Notes under the pieces: generated by a model
Seen by the model: only the letters and a program-made list of their open reading frames with translations
What the model was told of the DNA's origin: nothing
The model's database searches: none
DNA from: Salinivirgaceae bacterium
Lineage (GTDB): Bacteria > Bacteroidota > Bacteroidia > Bacteroidales > SZUA-534
Reading direction: 5' to 3'
NCBI GenBank assembly: GCA_017557785.1
Contig: JAFYYA010000069.1
Span: 4,288 to 68,287, forward strand
DNA: 64,000 nucleotides
Program-made: the position numbers and the translations under genes
Part shown: positions 46,156-55,505 of the stretch, piece after piece
Numbering within the stretch: position 1 is the stretch's first letter
Layout: each line of letters begins with the position of its first letter

Positions 46156-46917
46156 ATGAAAACTCTAAATTTTGGAATGAAATTGATGGCTGCATCGTTA
46201 ATGTTGCTGCCTTTTGCGTCGAATGCGCAAAAAAACGTGAACTACAAGGTTGTGAAAGTTCAAGGTGAAATCCAACGTGTTAAAACCGGTAATCTGTTGT
46301 CGATTGGCGAAGATGTTGCCAACAACGAGAACTTCAGTTTCAAAACCAACTACTCGCGCGCCGTTGTGGTGAACAAGGAAAAAGGCTGCGTGATTCTGAG
46401 CGCCAGAAACGACAACGAAGGCTCGCAGTTCCTTCCGTCGCCTAGCAACATGAGCGTCAGAGCCGCTCTGCCGACTCAGCCATCGGAAGTTATCGAGTAC
46501 TATTATGGTGACGTGTTTGTTTCGGGCTTCGACAGTCTGAAAATCGACGACAGCAAACTGCTGATCAACGACGACAGTTATTTCACTGTAAAATACAGCG
46601 TTGACGGCAAAGACTACGCAGAGAAACTCAGTTACAAGAACGGAAAACTAGCCCTTCCGTCAAGTCTGCTTGAGAACAAGCCTGAAAAAGCCACTCTGTG
46701 CTACAACGATGAGTTTGGTGAGAGCAACAAGTCAGAGTTCACCCCTGTTTACGCTGACAAAGAGACTCTGAAAGGCGAACTCGAACTGATTTTCTCAACA
46801 ATGAAAGGCAAACGCAACGCGAAAGTTTTGTCGTCGGCAACCTTTGTTAACGATTTCTACGGAAAAACCACTGAAGAAGCCGTTGATGCTTGGATAAAGA
46901 ATAATATGAACAAATAA
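46156..46917 (+). CDS. Exported hypothetical protein (possible FecR-like N-terminal beta domain)
   Basis: Signal peptide MKLMAASLMLLPFASNAQ. VVKVQGEIQRVKTGNLLSIGEDVANNENFSFKTNYSRAVVVNKEKGCVILSA loosely resembles the FecR sensor fold. Otherwise unrecognised. Confidence 0.55.
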   Translation: MKTLNFGMKLMAASLMLLPFASNAQKNVNYKVVKVQGEIQRVKTGNLLSIGEDVANNENFSFKTNYSRAVVVNKEKGCVILSARNDNEGSQFLPSPSNMSVRAALPTQPSEVIEYYYGDVFVSGFDSLKIDDSKLLINDDSYFTVKYSVDGKDYAEKLSYKNGKLALPSSLLENKPEKATLCYNDEFGESNKSEFTPVYADKETLKGELELIFSTMKGKRNAKVLSSATFVNDFYGKTTEEAVDAWIKNNMNK

Positions 46918-46936
46918 TTGGTTGATAATGAACCAA

Positions 46937-46973
46937 AATGCCCGATTGTATGATGCAGCCGGGCATTTTTTTT
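46937..46973 (+). terminator. Hairpin plus T8: terminator or attenuator between gene A and the TPR-CHAT gene
   Basis: AATGCCCG (46937-46944) pairs with CGGGCATT (46960-46967) around a 15-nt loop. A run of 8 T follows (46966-46973). Confidence 0.5.
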
Positions 46974-46983
46974 AAATGTGTGT

Positions 46984-49900
46984 ATGAATAAATTTCTTCC
47001 GATTCTGATTTTTTCGATGGCACCACTGACGTTGCTCTCACAAACGTGCAACGAGAAGGAAGCCATAAAAAACTTTACCGCAGCCCAGGAAACCGAAGAC
47101 TCGGAATCCGCTGTTCTGTTTGAAAAAGCCGCCGAAGGATTCAAGTGCTGCAAGCAGCACGACAACTATCTGATTTCGGCTTACCAGTCGGGCGTCGCCT
47201 ATTTCAACATCGGCAATTTGGACAAGGCGCAGACTGTGCTCGAGCAGAGCCTTCAGGACACCAAAGGGCTGACAGACTCAACAGCGGAAGTAAACATGCT
47301 GATTTACCACACATTAGGCGAAGTCTACTACGGAATCAAAAATGCCGAGCGCTCGGTGTTCTACTACAAAAAGGCCGTCGGGATTCTTGGAACCGACGAC
47401 TCGGAAGAACTTGCCATCTGCCTTTTCAACATGGGCAACTCTTACGAGATGCTGTCGCTCTACGCCGATGCGATTGGCTGCCACCGGAAATCAATCGAGA
47501 TGAAACGGAGGCTTGAGATTGCCGACAGTAGCGACTATTACCAGGCCTATTCGACACTTGCCGACATCTACCAGTCGGTTGGCAAGAACGACTCATCGGA
47601 TTATTTCTACCGGATGGCCGGTAAGTTCACTGACACCAACGACTCGGAATCGGCCGCGTTTATAAAATTCAAAGAAGCACAGAAAAACTACGACGGCAAG
47701 AACATGAAAGCCGCCGAAGCACTGTTCGACGAAGCGCGGAACATTTGCGAGATTGCCAATCTGCGGAACGATGTTTTTGTCGGCTCGTGCCTTTATTTAG
47801 GATTGATTTATGAAAGCGACGGAAATCAGAAAAAGGCTAGCAACATGTTGGCGAAAGCCGCTGAATATCAGAAAGAAAAGAACGACACTTATTACAACAT
47901 CCTGTTAGCGCAGGGCCGCATTGAAAAGGCTGACAATCAGAGCCAAGCCATCGAAAAACTCAATAAGGTGGTGGCCGAGTCGAAAAACAGCGAACTTGTT
48001 AATTTGGCCCGCATCGAACTTGCGAAAAGTTATGAAGCAAGCAATCCGGCACAAGCCAAACAACTTTACAATCAGGTGGTTGCAAGCGTCGACAGCACAT
48101 CGCAGACTATAATCTACGTGCAGGCCCTGTGCGGACTTGCCAGCATTGAATCGCAGGAAGGAAAAGGCGACAAGGCCATCAGCAGCCTGCTTCGCGCCAA
48201 AAAGACTCTTGGCGGAAAAGACCCCGAATTTGAAGCGAACATCTACGAACAGATTGGAAACGAATACTTTAAGCAGAGCAACAACGAGAAAGCGCTTATG
48301 AACTACCGCGAAGCCGCAAGCATACTGTCAAAAACTTTCGGGAAAGGCAGTGTGAAAACCATGTCGGCTGAAGAAAACGTGGCAACCGTGCTGATGGACG
48401 ACGAGAAATTTGCCGAAGCCGCTGCAAAATACGAACTGAGTTTGGCAATTAAATCGAAGGCTCTTGGCGAATACAATCCGCAACTTGTTGATTTATACAG
48501 CAACTACGGCAACGCTCTCTGCAATATGCGCAACTACGAAAAAGCCGGCGATGTTTATGCAAAATGCTTGCAGATAATTGAAAAAGAGAACATTGCCGAC
48601 ACCCGTCTTGATGTTTTCTACAACAACTACGGACTATACTGCAAAACCATTGGCGACTACAAGAGCGCCCTGACCTACACCGAGAAATCGTTGAATGCCA
48701 AAGAGAAAATCTATGGCAAGGAAAGTGCAAAATACGCCAACACGCTCAACAACCTTGGCACCATCTACGACAAACTTGGCAACTTCAACAAATCGGCTGA
48801 ATGCTTTGAGCAAGCCGAGTTGATTATGGCAGAAGCCGCTTCGGGCAATGTTGAAGCCGTAAGCGAAATCTATATCAACAAGGGTAACCTTTATAACCGG
48901 TTGGGCCAAAACGATTTGGCATTGACTTATTACAACAAGGCTCTTGAAGTGAAGACTGAGAAAAACAACGCCAGCGACAAAAAACTTGCACCAATCTACA
49001 ACAACATCGGAACTGTGTGCCAAAACATTGAAGATTACCGACTTGCTCAGTATTATTTCAAAAAATCGCTCGACATTACGCTGAAATACGGCGGCAAGGG
49101 CACGCAGGAAGCGGCTGAAGCCTACAACAACCTTGGAAACGTGATGCTGAAAACCGGTAAAACCCGCGAAGCGATTGACAATTACTTGAAAGCCAGCAAC
49201 ATCTACAATAAAATACCAGCGGTGAACCCCGTGCTGATTGGCAACACCAACAACAACATTGCAGCCGCCTACCAGCAGTTGAACCAATTGGATTCGTCGC
49301 AGTTCTACTATCGCAAATCAGTCGACCTGTACAAGAATGTTTTTGGTGCTAAACATCCGCACTTAGCGTTGATATACAATAACATAGGCAACATCGACTT
49401 GAAACTTGAAAAGTATGCCGATGCTTTTGCCGACTACAGTTTGGCCATTGAGTCGAACCACGAAAATTTCAACTCAAAGAAAGACTCACTGCCCAGCCAG
49501 TCTGGCTATTACGACCAGAGCACGTTTGTAAACTCGCTGCTTTTGCGGGCTTCGGCATTGGCAACAAAATTCATATCGTCGCGCAATGTGGCCGACCTGA
49601 AATATGCGTTCAGGCACTATCAATTCTGCGACGAGATTATTCTGAACATGCGTCGTTCGGCACTGACCAAAACTGACAAACTCGAACTCGGAAAATTAGC
49701 AGCCAAATGCTACGAAGGTGCTTTGGAAGTCTGCGCAGAACTTCTGAACAGCAAACTGACCGACCGCCAGCGTCGCTACTATCAGGAACAGGCGTTTACG
49801 TTTGTCGAGAAGGGCAAGTCGAACTCGCTGCTCGAGTCGATGGCCGGACAGGACGCCATGCAATTGGCCAACATCCCGGCCGATGTTCAGCAGAAAGAGA

Positions 49901-51237
49901 ACCAGTTGTCGGCTGATGTGCTTTACTACGAGCAATTGTTGGCCGAAAAGCCGAAAAATGCGGCGCAGATTCGCGACAGCCTATTGAACGCCAACAAAAA
50001 GCACGATGCATTTGTCAAGAAACTCGAAAAACAATACCCAGAGTACCATCAACTTAAATATGCCGACAACGTGGTGAGTCTGAACGAGTTGCAGCAGAAA
50101 CTGCAGCCAGGCACGCAGTTGCGGATGTATATGCTCGGCAACGATGCCGTCTATGCCGTTCTCATCACAAACTCACGGTTCGACATTGTGATGAGCCCCG
50201 CACCACAGAACATTTCCGACACCGTGCGGCAATACCGCAACTCGATGATTCAAAGTTCGCAGAAAGCCACAATGGATTTCAGCGTGCTGTCGCGACGGTT
50301 CTACAAGATGCTGTTTGCCGACACGCCCGCCGACGATGTGAAACGGTTGGTTGTGGTGCCCGACGGTGTTTTGAACCAAATTCCGTTTGAGAGCCTTCTG
50401 ACCAGCGACATTCAAGGCTCGGTCTACAACTATCAGGACTACGATTTCCTAATCAAAAAATACTCTGTAAGTTACGCCTATTCGGCCACACTCTACTACC
50501 GCGACATCACACGCAAGAAGGACAACGGGACAAAAGGTTGGTTCGGCTTGGCGCCAGTATTCACGCAAGGCAAATATTCGGGCGTGGTGCTCGACAGCCG
50601 TATCAAAAAAAACGAAAAGACTTTTACCGACATTCCGGTTGTGAGCAACAACAAACTTGAGCCGCTGCCGTCGTCGGAACCCGAAGTGCGCAACATCTTC
50701 TCGATGTTTGTCAAAGCCGGTCAGCCTGCAAGAGCCTGCCTGTGGGGCAGCGCCAACCGTCAGAATTTCAACAGCGACTCGGTGTCGCGCTACCGCTACA
50801 TTCACCTTGCCACACACGGATTTGTCAACTCTGAGAATCCCGAACTGTCGGGTGTGCAACTGAGTCAGTTGCGGGGCGACAACAGCGACGGCGTGCTCTA
50901 TTCGGGCGACGTGTACGGCTTGAAACTCAATTGCGACCTTCTGATTCTGTCGGCTTGTGAGACCGGATTGGGCAAGATTATGAAAGGCGAAGGAATTGTG
51001 GGCCTGTCGCGTGCGTTCATCTACGCCGGCAGCCGGAACCTGCTTGTATCACTTTGGAAAGTGGCCGACAACTCAACATCACAGATGATGGTGGAATTTT
51101 ACCGTCAACTGCTGCTAAAGGAAAACAGCGAACTTAATTACGCCGAGATATTGCAAAAAGCGAAACAGATGCTAATATTGGACAAGAATTATTCGCGTCC
51201 ATACTATTGGGCACCATTCATATTGATAGGCGACTAA
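46984..51237 (+). CDS. Exported tetratricopeptide-repeat protein with a C-terminal CHAT (caspase-fold) peptidase domain
   Basis: Signal-like N-terminus MNKFLPILIFSMAPLTLLSQT (ORF-track 46978 is GTG; ATG at 46984). About 900 aa of TPR follow, with recurring NNLG/YNNIG..Y......A..YY.KAL units. The C-terminus reads YIHLATHGF (His codon 50815-50817) ... DLLILSACETGLG (Cys codon 50956-50958), the CHAT His-Cys dyad. Confidence 0.85.
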   Translation: MNKFLPILIFSMAPLTLLSQTCNEKEAIKNFTAAQETEDSESAVLFEKAAEGFKCCKQHDNYLISAYQSGVAYFNIGNLDKAQTVLEQSLQDTKGLTDSTAEVNMLIYHTLGEVYYGIKNAERSVFYYKKAVGILGTDDSEELAICLFNMGNSYEMLSLYADAIGCHRKSIEMKRRLEIADSSDYYQAYSTLADIYQSVGKNDSSDYFYRMAGKFTDTNDSESAAFIKFKEAQKNYDGKNMKAAEALFDEARNICEIANLRNDVFVGSCLYLGLIYESDGNQKKASNMLAKAAEYQKEKNDTYYNILLAQGRIEKADNQSQAIEKLNKVVAESKNSELVNLARIELAKSYEASNPAQAKQLYNQVVASVDSTSQTIIYVQALCGLASIESQEGKGDKAISSLLRAKKTLGGKDPEFEANIYEQIGNEYFKQSNNEKALMNYREAASILSKTFGKGSVKTMSAEENVATVLMDDEKFAEAAAKYELSLAIKSKALGEYNPQLVDLYSNYGNALCNMRNYEKAGDVYAKCLQIIEKENIADTRLDVFYNNYGLYCKTIGDYKSALTYTEKSLNAKEKIYGKESAKYANTLNNLGTIYDKLGNFNKSAECFEQAELIMAEAASGNVEAVSEIYINKGNLYNRLGQNDLALTYYNKALEVKTEKNNASDKKLAPIYNNIGTVCQNIEDYRLAQYYFKKSLDITLKYGGKGTQEAAEAYNNLGNVMLKTGKTREAIDNYLKASNIYNKIPAVNPVLIGNTNNNIAAAYQQLNQLDSSQFYYRKSVDLYKNVFGAKHPHLALIYNNIGNIDLKLEKYADAFADYSLAIESNHENFNSKKDSLPSQSGYYDQSTFVNSLLLRASALATKFISSRNVADLKYAFRHYQFCDEIILNMRRSALTKTDKLELGKLAAKCYEGALEVCAELLNSKLTDRQRRYYQEQAFTFVEKGKSNSLLESMAGQDAMQLANIPADVQQKENQLSADVLYYEQLLAEKPKNAAQIRDSLLNANKKHDAFVKKLEKQYPEYHQLKYADNVVSLNELQQKLQPGTQLRMYMLGNDAVYAVLITNSRFDIVMSPAPQNISDTVRQYRNSMIQSSQKATMDFSVLSRRFYKMLFADTPADDVKRLVVVPDGVLNQIPFESLLTSDIQGSVYNYQDYDFLIKKYSVSYAYSATLYYRDITRKKDNGTKGWFGLAPVFTQGKYSGVVLDSRIKKNEKTFTDIPVVSNNKLEPLPSSEPEVRNIFSMFVKAGQPARACLWGSANRQNFNSDSVSRYRYIHLATHGFVNSENPELSGVQLSQLRGDNSDGVLYSGDVYGLKLNCDLLILSACETGLGKIMKGEGIVGLSRAFIYAGSRNLLVSLWKVADNSTSQMMVEFYRQLLLKENSELNYAEILQKAKQMLILDKNYSRPYYWAPFILIGD

Positions 51238-51252
51238 AAACAAACAGCGAAG

Positions 51253-53286
51253 ATGATATGTAAAAAACTGATGTTGTGTGCGTTGGTTATCGCCGCCGGG
51301 CCGTTGGCCGGACAGGCGCAAACCGATTTGTTTCCCGAGTTCACAGGCTCGGTGACCAACGTCGCAATTACGCACAACGGCGACAAAGTGGTGTTTATTG
51401 GTGAGAAAGGTGAAGGAAAAGGAATTTTTGAATCAGTTAAAGTGAACGGCAAATGGGGTGACCCGATGTCAATTCCGGTGCTGAGACCAATGCTCGAAAA
51501 TCAGATTGGCGGGTTCTCGTTCAACCACGATGGCACGTTGCTGCTTTTCCACGCCAAAACCGGCAAATCATTCGACATTATGTACGTTACGTTCAACAAC
51601 GGCGAATGGGGCAACCTGACCCGGTTCGACGAGCCGGTAAACTCGCAGGACGATGAGTTCTCGCCGTCACTGTCGGTCGACGACCATTACATCTTCTTCC
51701 TGCGGCCGAAACGTCAGATTGAGAAAACAGATGAAGAGTGCAAAGAGATTGTATTGTACAGCCGCCAGAGCGACGGAACTTGGGTGGGACCGCACGAGAT
51801 TCCACGCTTCTTCAACAGCGGTTGTCAGGAAACCCCTTACTTGTGCGCCGATGAGAAGACACTCTTTTTTGCATCGCGACGAGCCGACACAACGCCCGAA
51901 GGCAAAAAACTGCCCGACGATGTCTACAACATCTATCACACGCAGCTGATTTCGGAAGAGATTTACGAAAACGGTTGGACCATACCGAAATACGTGAGCA
52001 GTCTGAGCACAAGTTACAACGACCTCTCGCCGCAGATGACCACCGACGGCAGCATAATTAAAAACACCAATCCGAAGAAGGCAACAAAGAAGCAGCCTAA
52101 CAAAACCTACATGTATGCCGCTTCCGATGATGTGAAACCCAAACCGACAATGCAACTCTTCGGCGTCATCAGCGACCGCGGGACAAAAGAGCCCGTAAAA
52201 GCGCAAGTGGTTGTGTCAGACATGATTACGTCAGCCGTTCTTGGCACTTACACAACCGATGACAATGGACGCTACTCAATCTACCTTGGCGAGAACGGAA
52301 ACTACAAGATTGACTGTTTCAAAGAAGGCTTCTCACACTCGTATCACTACGAAAGAATCGGCTATTTCACCAAAAACATTAAAAAACAATTCGATACAAC
52401 CATCTTCTCGACTGTCGAATTCGATTTGAACGTGTTCGACGAAGAAATTTACAATCCGCTGTCGCCGAAAATATCGGTTTACGACTCAACAACCAGCGAG
52501 TTGCTCATCGACAGCCTGCAACCCGTCGAATTGGGAAAATACAAGAGCCGGTTCAACATCGGAAAAACCTACAAGGTGCACATCGAAAGCCCGTACTACA
52601 AACCGCAGGACATCTTTCTGAACACCATTGCCGACATTTTCTACAATGAGTTTGAAGAAGATGTGGAACTAAGCCCGCTGAAGACAGCGATGGTTCTTGA
52701 TGTTGACGCCGGTCAGGGCGGCGATTCGGTGATGGTGAAGGTTAAGAACTTGAGCCGCAACGAAACCCGCACCGTAGTTGCCAAGCGCGACAAGGACGGT
52801 AATCTGATTGTCGAACTTCGCGAAGGCGACAGTTATGAGATTGACGTGGCCAAAAAGGGTTACACCTACAGCAGCACGAAAGTCGATGTGTCGAAATCGA
52901 AAAAAACGCAGAAGCTCAACATCAAACTCGACCTGCTGACGAAAGACACGAAGATGACATTCAAGAACATAACGTTTGAGATCAATTCATCGGAACTGAA
53001 CACTGCATCGTATGCCGAACTCGATAGGATTATCGAGTTCCTGAAACTCAACGACAATGTAAAAATAGAGCTTTCGGCGCACACCGACGATTTAGGCTCT
53101 GAATGGTACAACATGCGCTTGTCGGAAAAGCGTGCGCAGATGGCCGCCAAATATCTGACCGACAACGGCATCAGCGAGCGAATGATCCGGACCAAGGGCT
53201 ATGGCGAATCGAAACCCATTGTGCCGAACACATCGGACGAGAACCGCGCGCAGAACCGGCGTGTTGAAATCAAGATTATCGAATAA
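51253..53286 (+). CDS. Exported PD40/TolB-like repeat, carboxypeptidase-regulatory-like beta-sandwich and OmpA_C peptidoglycan-binding protein
   Basis: Signal peptide MICKKLMLCALVIAAGPLAGQAQ. The N-terminal segments are WD40-like (PD40), with repeated ...FSPSLSVDDHYIFF / ...TPYLCADEKTLFFASRR motifs. The C-terminal OmpA domain reads FEINSSELN...AHTDDLGSEWYNMRLSEKRAQMAAKYL...GYGESKPI...NRRVEIKI. Confidence 0.85.
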   Translation: MICKKLMLCALVIAAGPLAGQAQTDLFPEFTGSVTNVAITHNGDKVVFIGEKGEGKGIFESVKVNGKWGDPMSIPVLRPMLENQIGGFSFNHDGTLLLFHAKTGKSFDIMYVTFNNGEWGNLTRFDEPVNSQDDEFSPSLSVDDHYIFFLRPKRQIEKTDEECKEIVLYSRQSDGTWVGPHEIPRFFNSGCQETPYLCADEKTLFFASRRADTTPEGKKLPDDVYNIYHTQLISEEIYENGWTIPKYVSSLSTSYNDLSPQMTTDGSIIKNTNPKKATKKQPNKTYMYAASDDVKPKPTMQLFGVISDRGTKEPVKAQVVVSDMITSAVLGTYTTDDNGRYSIYLGENGNYKIDCFKEGFSHSYHYERIGYFTKNIKKQFDTTIFSTVEFDLNVFDEEIYNPLSPKISVYDSTTSELLIDSLQPVELGKYKSRFNIGKTYKVHIESPYYKPQDIFLNTIADIFYNEFEEDVELSPLKTAMVLDVDAGQGGDSVMVKVKNLSRNETRTVVAKRDKDGNLIVELREGDSYEIDVAKKGYTYSSTKVDVSKSKKTQKLNIKLDLLTKDTKMTFKNITFEINSSELNTASYAELDRIIEFLKLNDNVKIELSAHTDDLGSEWYNMRLSEKRAQMAAKYLTDNGISERMIRTKGYGESKPIVPNTSDENRAQNRRVEIKIIE

Positions 53287-53301
53287 CAAAAACCGACCGA
53301 G

Positions 53302-55476
53302 ATGAAACAGTATATTGCACTTATAATCAGTCTGCTGATTGGCATTCAGGCATCAGCGCAAAAGTACAAGGACGTGTACGAGAACATCAAAAAACTCTCG
53401 GACAACGAAGCCTATCAGGAACTTTATGATTTCTCGCAACAGCACAACAACGCACACTCGGCGTCGCTCTACAAAATGGCGCTGATTCTTGAGCGCAGAA
53501 TCGAGATGTATGACCCGTTCCTGCAGGAAAGGGTTGTGTCACAGAACCTTTACAACGCCGAGCTCTACTTCTCACTTGCAAAGATGAACCTGAACGAGAA
53601 GGTGGCACGGCAAGACAGCCGCTTCTTTGACGATGTGGTGGCCGCCAACCCCAAGAAGGATCCTAACTTTTCGGAAATCAGCGATGCTGTCGACGGGCAC
53701 ATCAAAAAAATAAAAGCATTTAAAGCCATATTTAACGAAAACCGCAACAACCTTTACAGTGCTGCGACAAAATACAACGAGTGCATCAGAATCTACAACG
53801 AGATCAATCAGAAAAACAGCAAGTTGAAGGATCTTTATTTTTTGGTTGACAACAATTTCGAGAAACAACTCAACGAACTCAAAACCAATTTCGACTCAAC
53901 GCTCTACTACCTTGAGAAACTGAAAGTGTCGCTCAAAGAGCATCCGATGCACAAATACACATTCGAGTACAATCTGAACCCGATTTTGATATACAGAATG
54001 CATGGCCTGACACAGGCCAACTTCCTGGCCCCGACCATCGAACTTTGGGATTTCAATCTTTGGATAAAGACATTCAACGATGTGTATACCAACGAGATAA
54101 CCTATCTCTACAAGAACATCGACGAAACCGACACGCAGAACCGCAAATATGTTGATGCCCTGGGAAAGAAACAGATTGACAATGTGCCGGAAAACTACCG
54201 GGTTTCACCTTATCTGATCAACAAAATCTTCAAATACGATTACGAGTCGCTGGCCAACTCGCTTCTGCTTTATCAGGAAGCGCAGGTCCGCTATATGTAT
54301 CAGTTGGCTTCATATCGCCCTGACACCAACTTCGTCGCATTTGGCGTCAACTATCCGGCTAACGACCATTTCACAAAGGCTCTTGAGCGCCGCCGTGCAA
54401 CCGACTCGCTGCTGGTGCTGCTCAACGACAACATCAGCGCGGAAGGTGTAAAAAAATACAGCGACATTTTTGAGAAAAAGTATAAAGGCGAAAAGGGACT
54501 GAAGGAATACACTAAAAATGAGCAGGTATTTAATAATAAAACTTTTGACGCGGCCGTCAACGATTTTGCCGATCGTTTGCTCACAATGGGTTCTTGGCAA
54601 GCCGACAACTCGCAGACACTAAAATACAATGGTGATGTGCTATATGCTCAAATGACGCCATCGGAAAAATTCCATGACAAGGGTTATTATGTTCATTGCA
54701 AGCAGATTGTTGACAAAAGTACCGTTCTGGTTGGCGGCACTTACGTGGACAAGAGCGGCGGACAGACTGCCTTTGTGGCGTCGGTTGACACTCTGCGGAA
54801 AATCAACTGGCTCAAGACATTCAAGCCGGGCGAAGGAAACCGCTCGTGCATGCTTATAAGCGTGGCCAACAACGAGATTGCCGCTGTGGTGACATCAACA
54901 ACGAAAGCCGGTGCCATCCGTAATTTTGTGATTCTGCTCGACAATGCCGGAACTCAGAAAATGACGGCCGAAACGAAGTCGAAGGCACTGCCGCGCAAAC
55001 TGATTGCCGACGACATCAGCGGAAAATACATTGTGGTGTTCAGTGGCACCAAGCGTCAGCAGTTTGCCAACGAAGATTGCGAGATGCACATCTGCTGCCT
55101 CGACTCAAAACTGAAAACCGAGTGGGACAAACAATTGAAATTCAGCGGATATTTCTGCAACATTCTGCGCACTGACAATGTCTACTACGTCATGGGCAAA
55201 TTCAACAAAATTCACGGTCTCGACAATAAGGATGTCGATCTTGGAAGTGGTTCGGGAATGTTCTGCTACTCAATAGGCAGTGACGGCAACTGGCTGAAAG
55301 GCGAGAACCACGAATTGGACAAACCAATTTACCCGATGTGGATTTCGAAATGCGACAACACAACATTTGAAGTGGTGTCTGCACTTGACAAAGCACCCGA
55401 AAGCAAGCCGGTGAACGCAGCCTATATGCGGTTCACGTTCGACGGCAAGGAAACATTCAACAGTATTGGCAAGTGA
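53302..55476 (+). CDS. Exported hypothetical protein (alpha-helical N-half, beta-rich C-half)
   Basis: Signal peptide MKQYIALIISLLIGIQASAQ. 724 aa with no recognised domain. It starts 15 nt after the OmpA-family gene. Confidence 0.55.
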   Translation: MKQYIALIISLLIGIQASAQKYKDVYENIKKLSDNEAYQELYDFSQQHNNAHSASLYKMALILERRIEMYDPFLQERVVSQNLYNAELYFSLAKMNLNEKVARQDSRFFDDVVAANPKKDPNFSEISDAVDGHIKKIKAFKAIFNENRNNLYSAATKYNECIRIYNEINQKNSKLKDLYFLVDNNFEKQLNELKTNFDSTLYYLEKLKVSLKEHPMHKYTFEYNLNPILIYRMHGLTQANFLAPTIELWDFNLWIKTFNDVYTNEITYLYKNIDETDTQNRKYVDALGKKQIDNVPENYRVSPYLINKIFKYDYESLANSLLLYQEAQVRYMYQLASYRPDTNFVAFGVNYPANDHFTKALERRRATDSLLVLLNDNISAEGVKKYSDIFEKKYKGEKGLKEYTKNEQVFNNKTFDAAVNDFADRLLTMGSWQADNSQTLKYNGDVLYAQMTPSEKFHDKGYYVHCKQIVDKSTVLVGGTYVDKSGGQTAFVASVDTLRKINWLKTFKPGEGNRSCMLISVANNEIAAVVTSTTKAGAIRNFVILLDNAGTQKMTAETKSKALPRKLIADDISGKYIVVFSGTKRQQFANEDCEMHICCLDSKLKTEWDKQLKFSGYFCNILRTDNVYYVMGKFNKIHGLDNKDVDLGSGSGMFCYSIGSDGNWLKGENHELDKPIYPMWISKCDNTTFEVVSALDKAPESKPVNAAYMRFTFDGKETFNSIGK

Positions 55477-55505
55477 ACACCATCACAAGTGTCTGAAAGC
55501 AGTTT

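Noticed and set aside
46156-46917. Whether the 253-aa protein upstream of the CHAT protease is a bacterial gasdermin, since gasdermin plus caspase-like protease operons are known.
   Set aside because: It has a clear cleavable signal-peptide-like N-terminus, and so does the protease. Bacterial gasdermins are cytoplasmic with an N-terminal lipidated Cys. I also see no gasdermin-like sequence pattern. A structure prediction would settle this.
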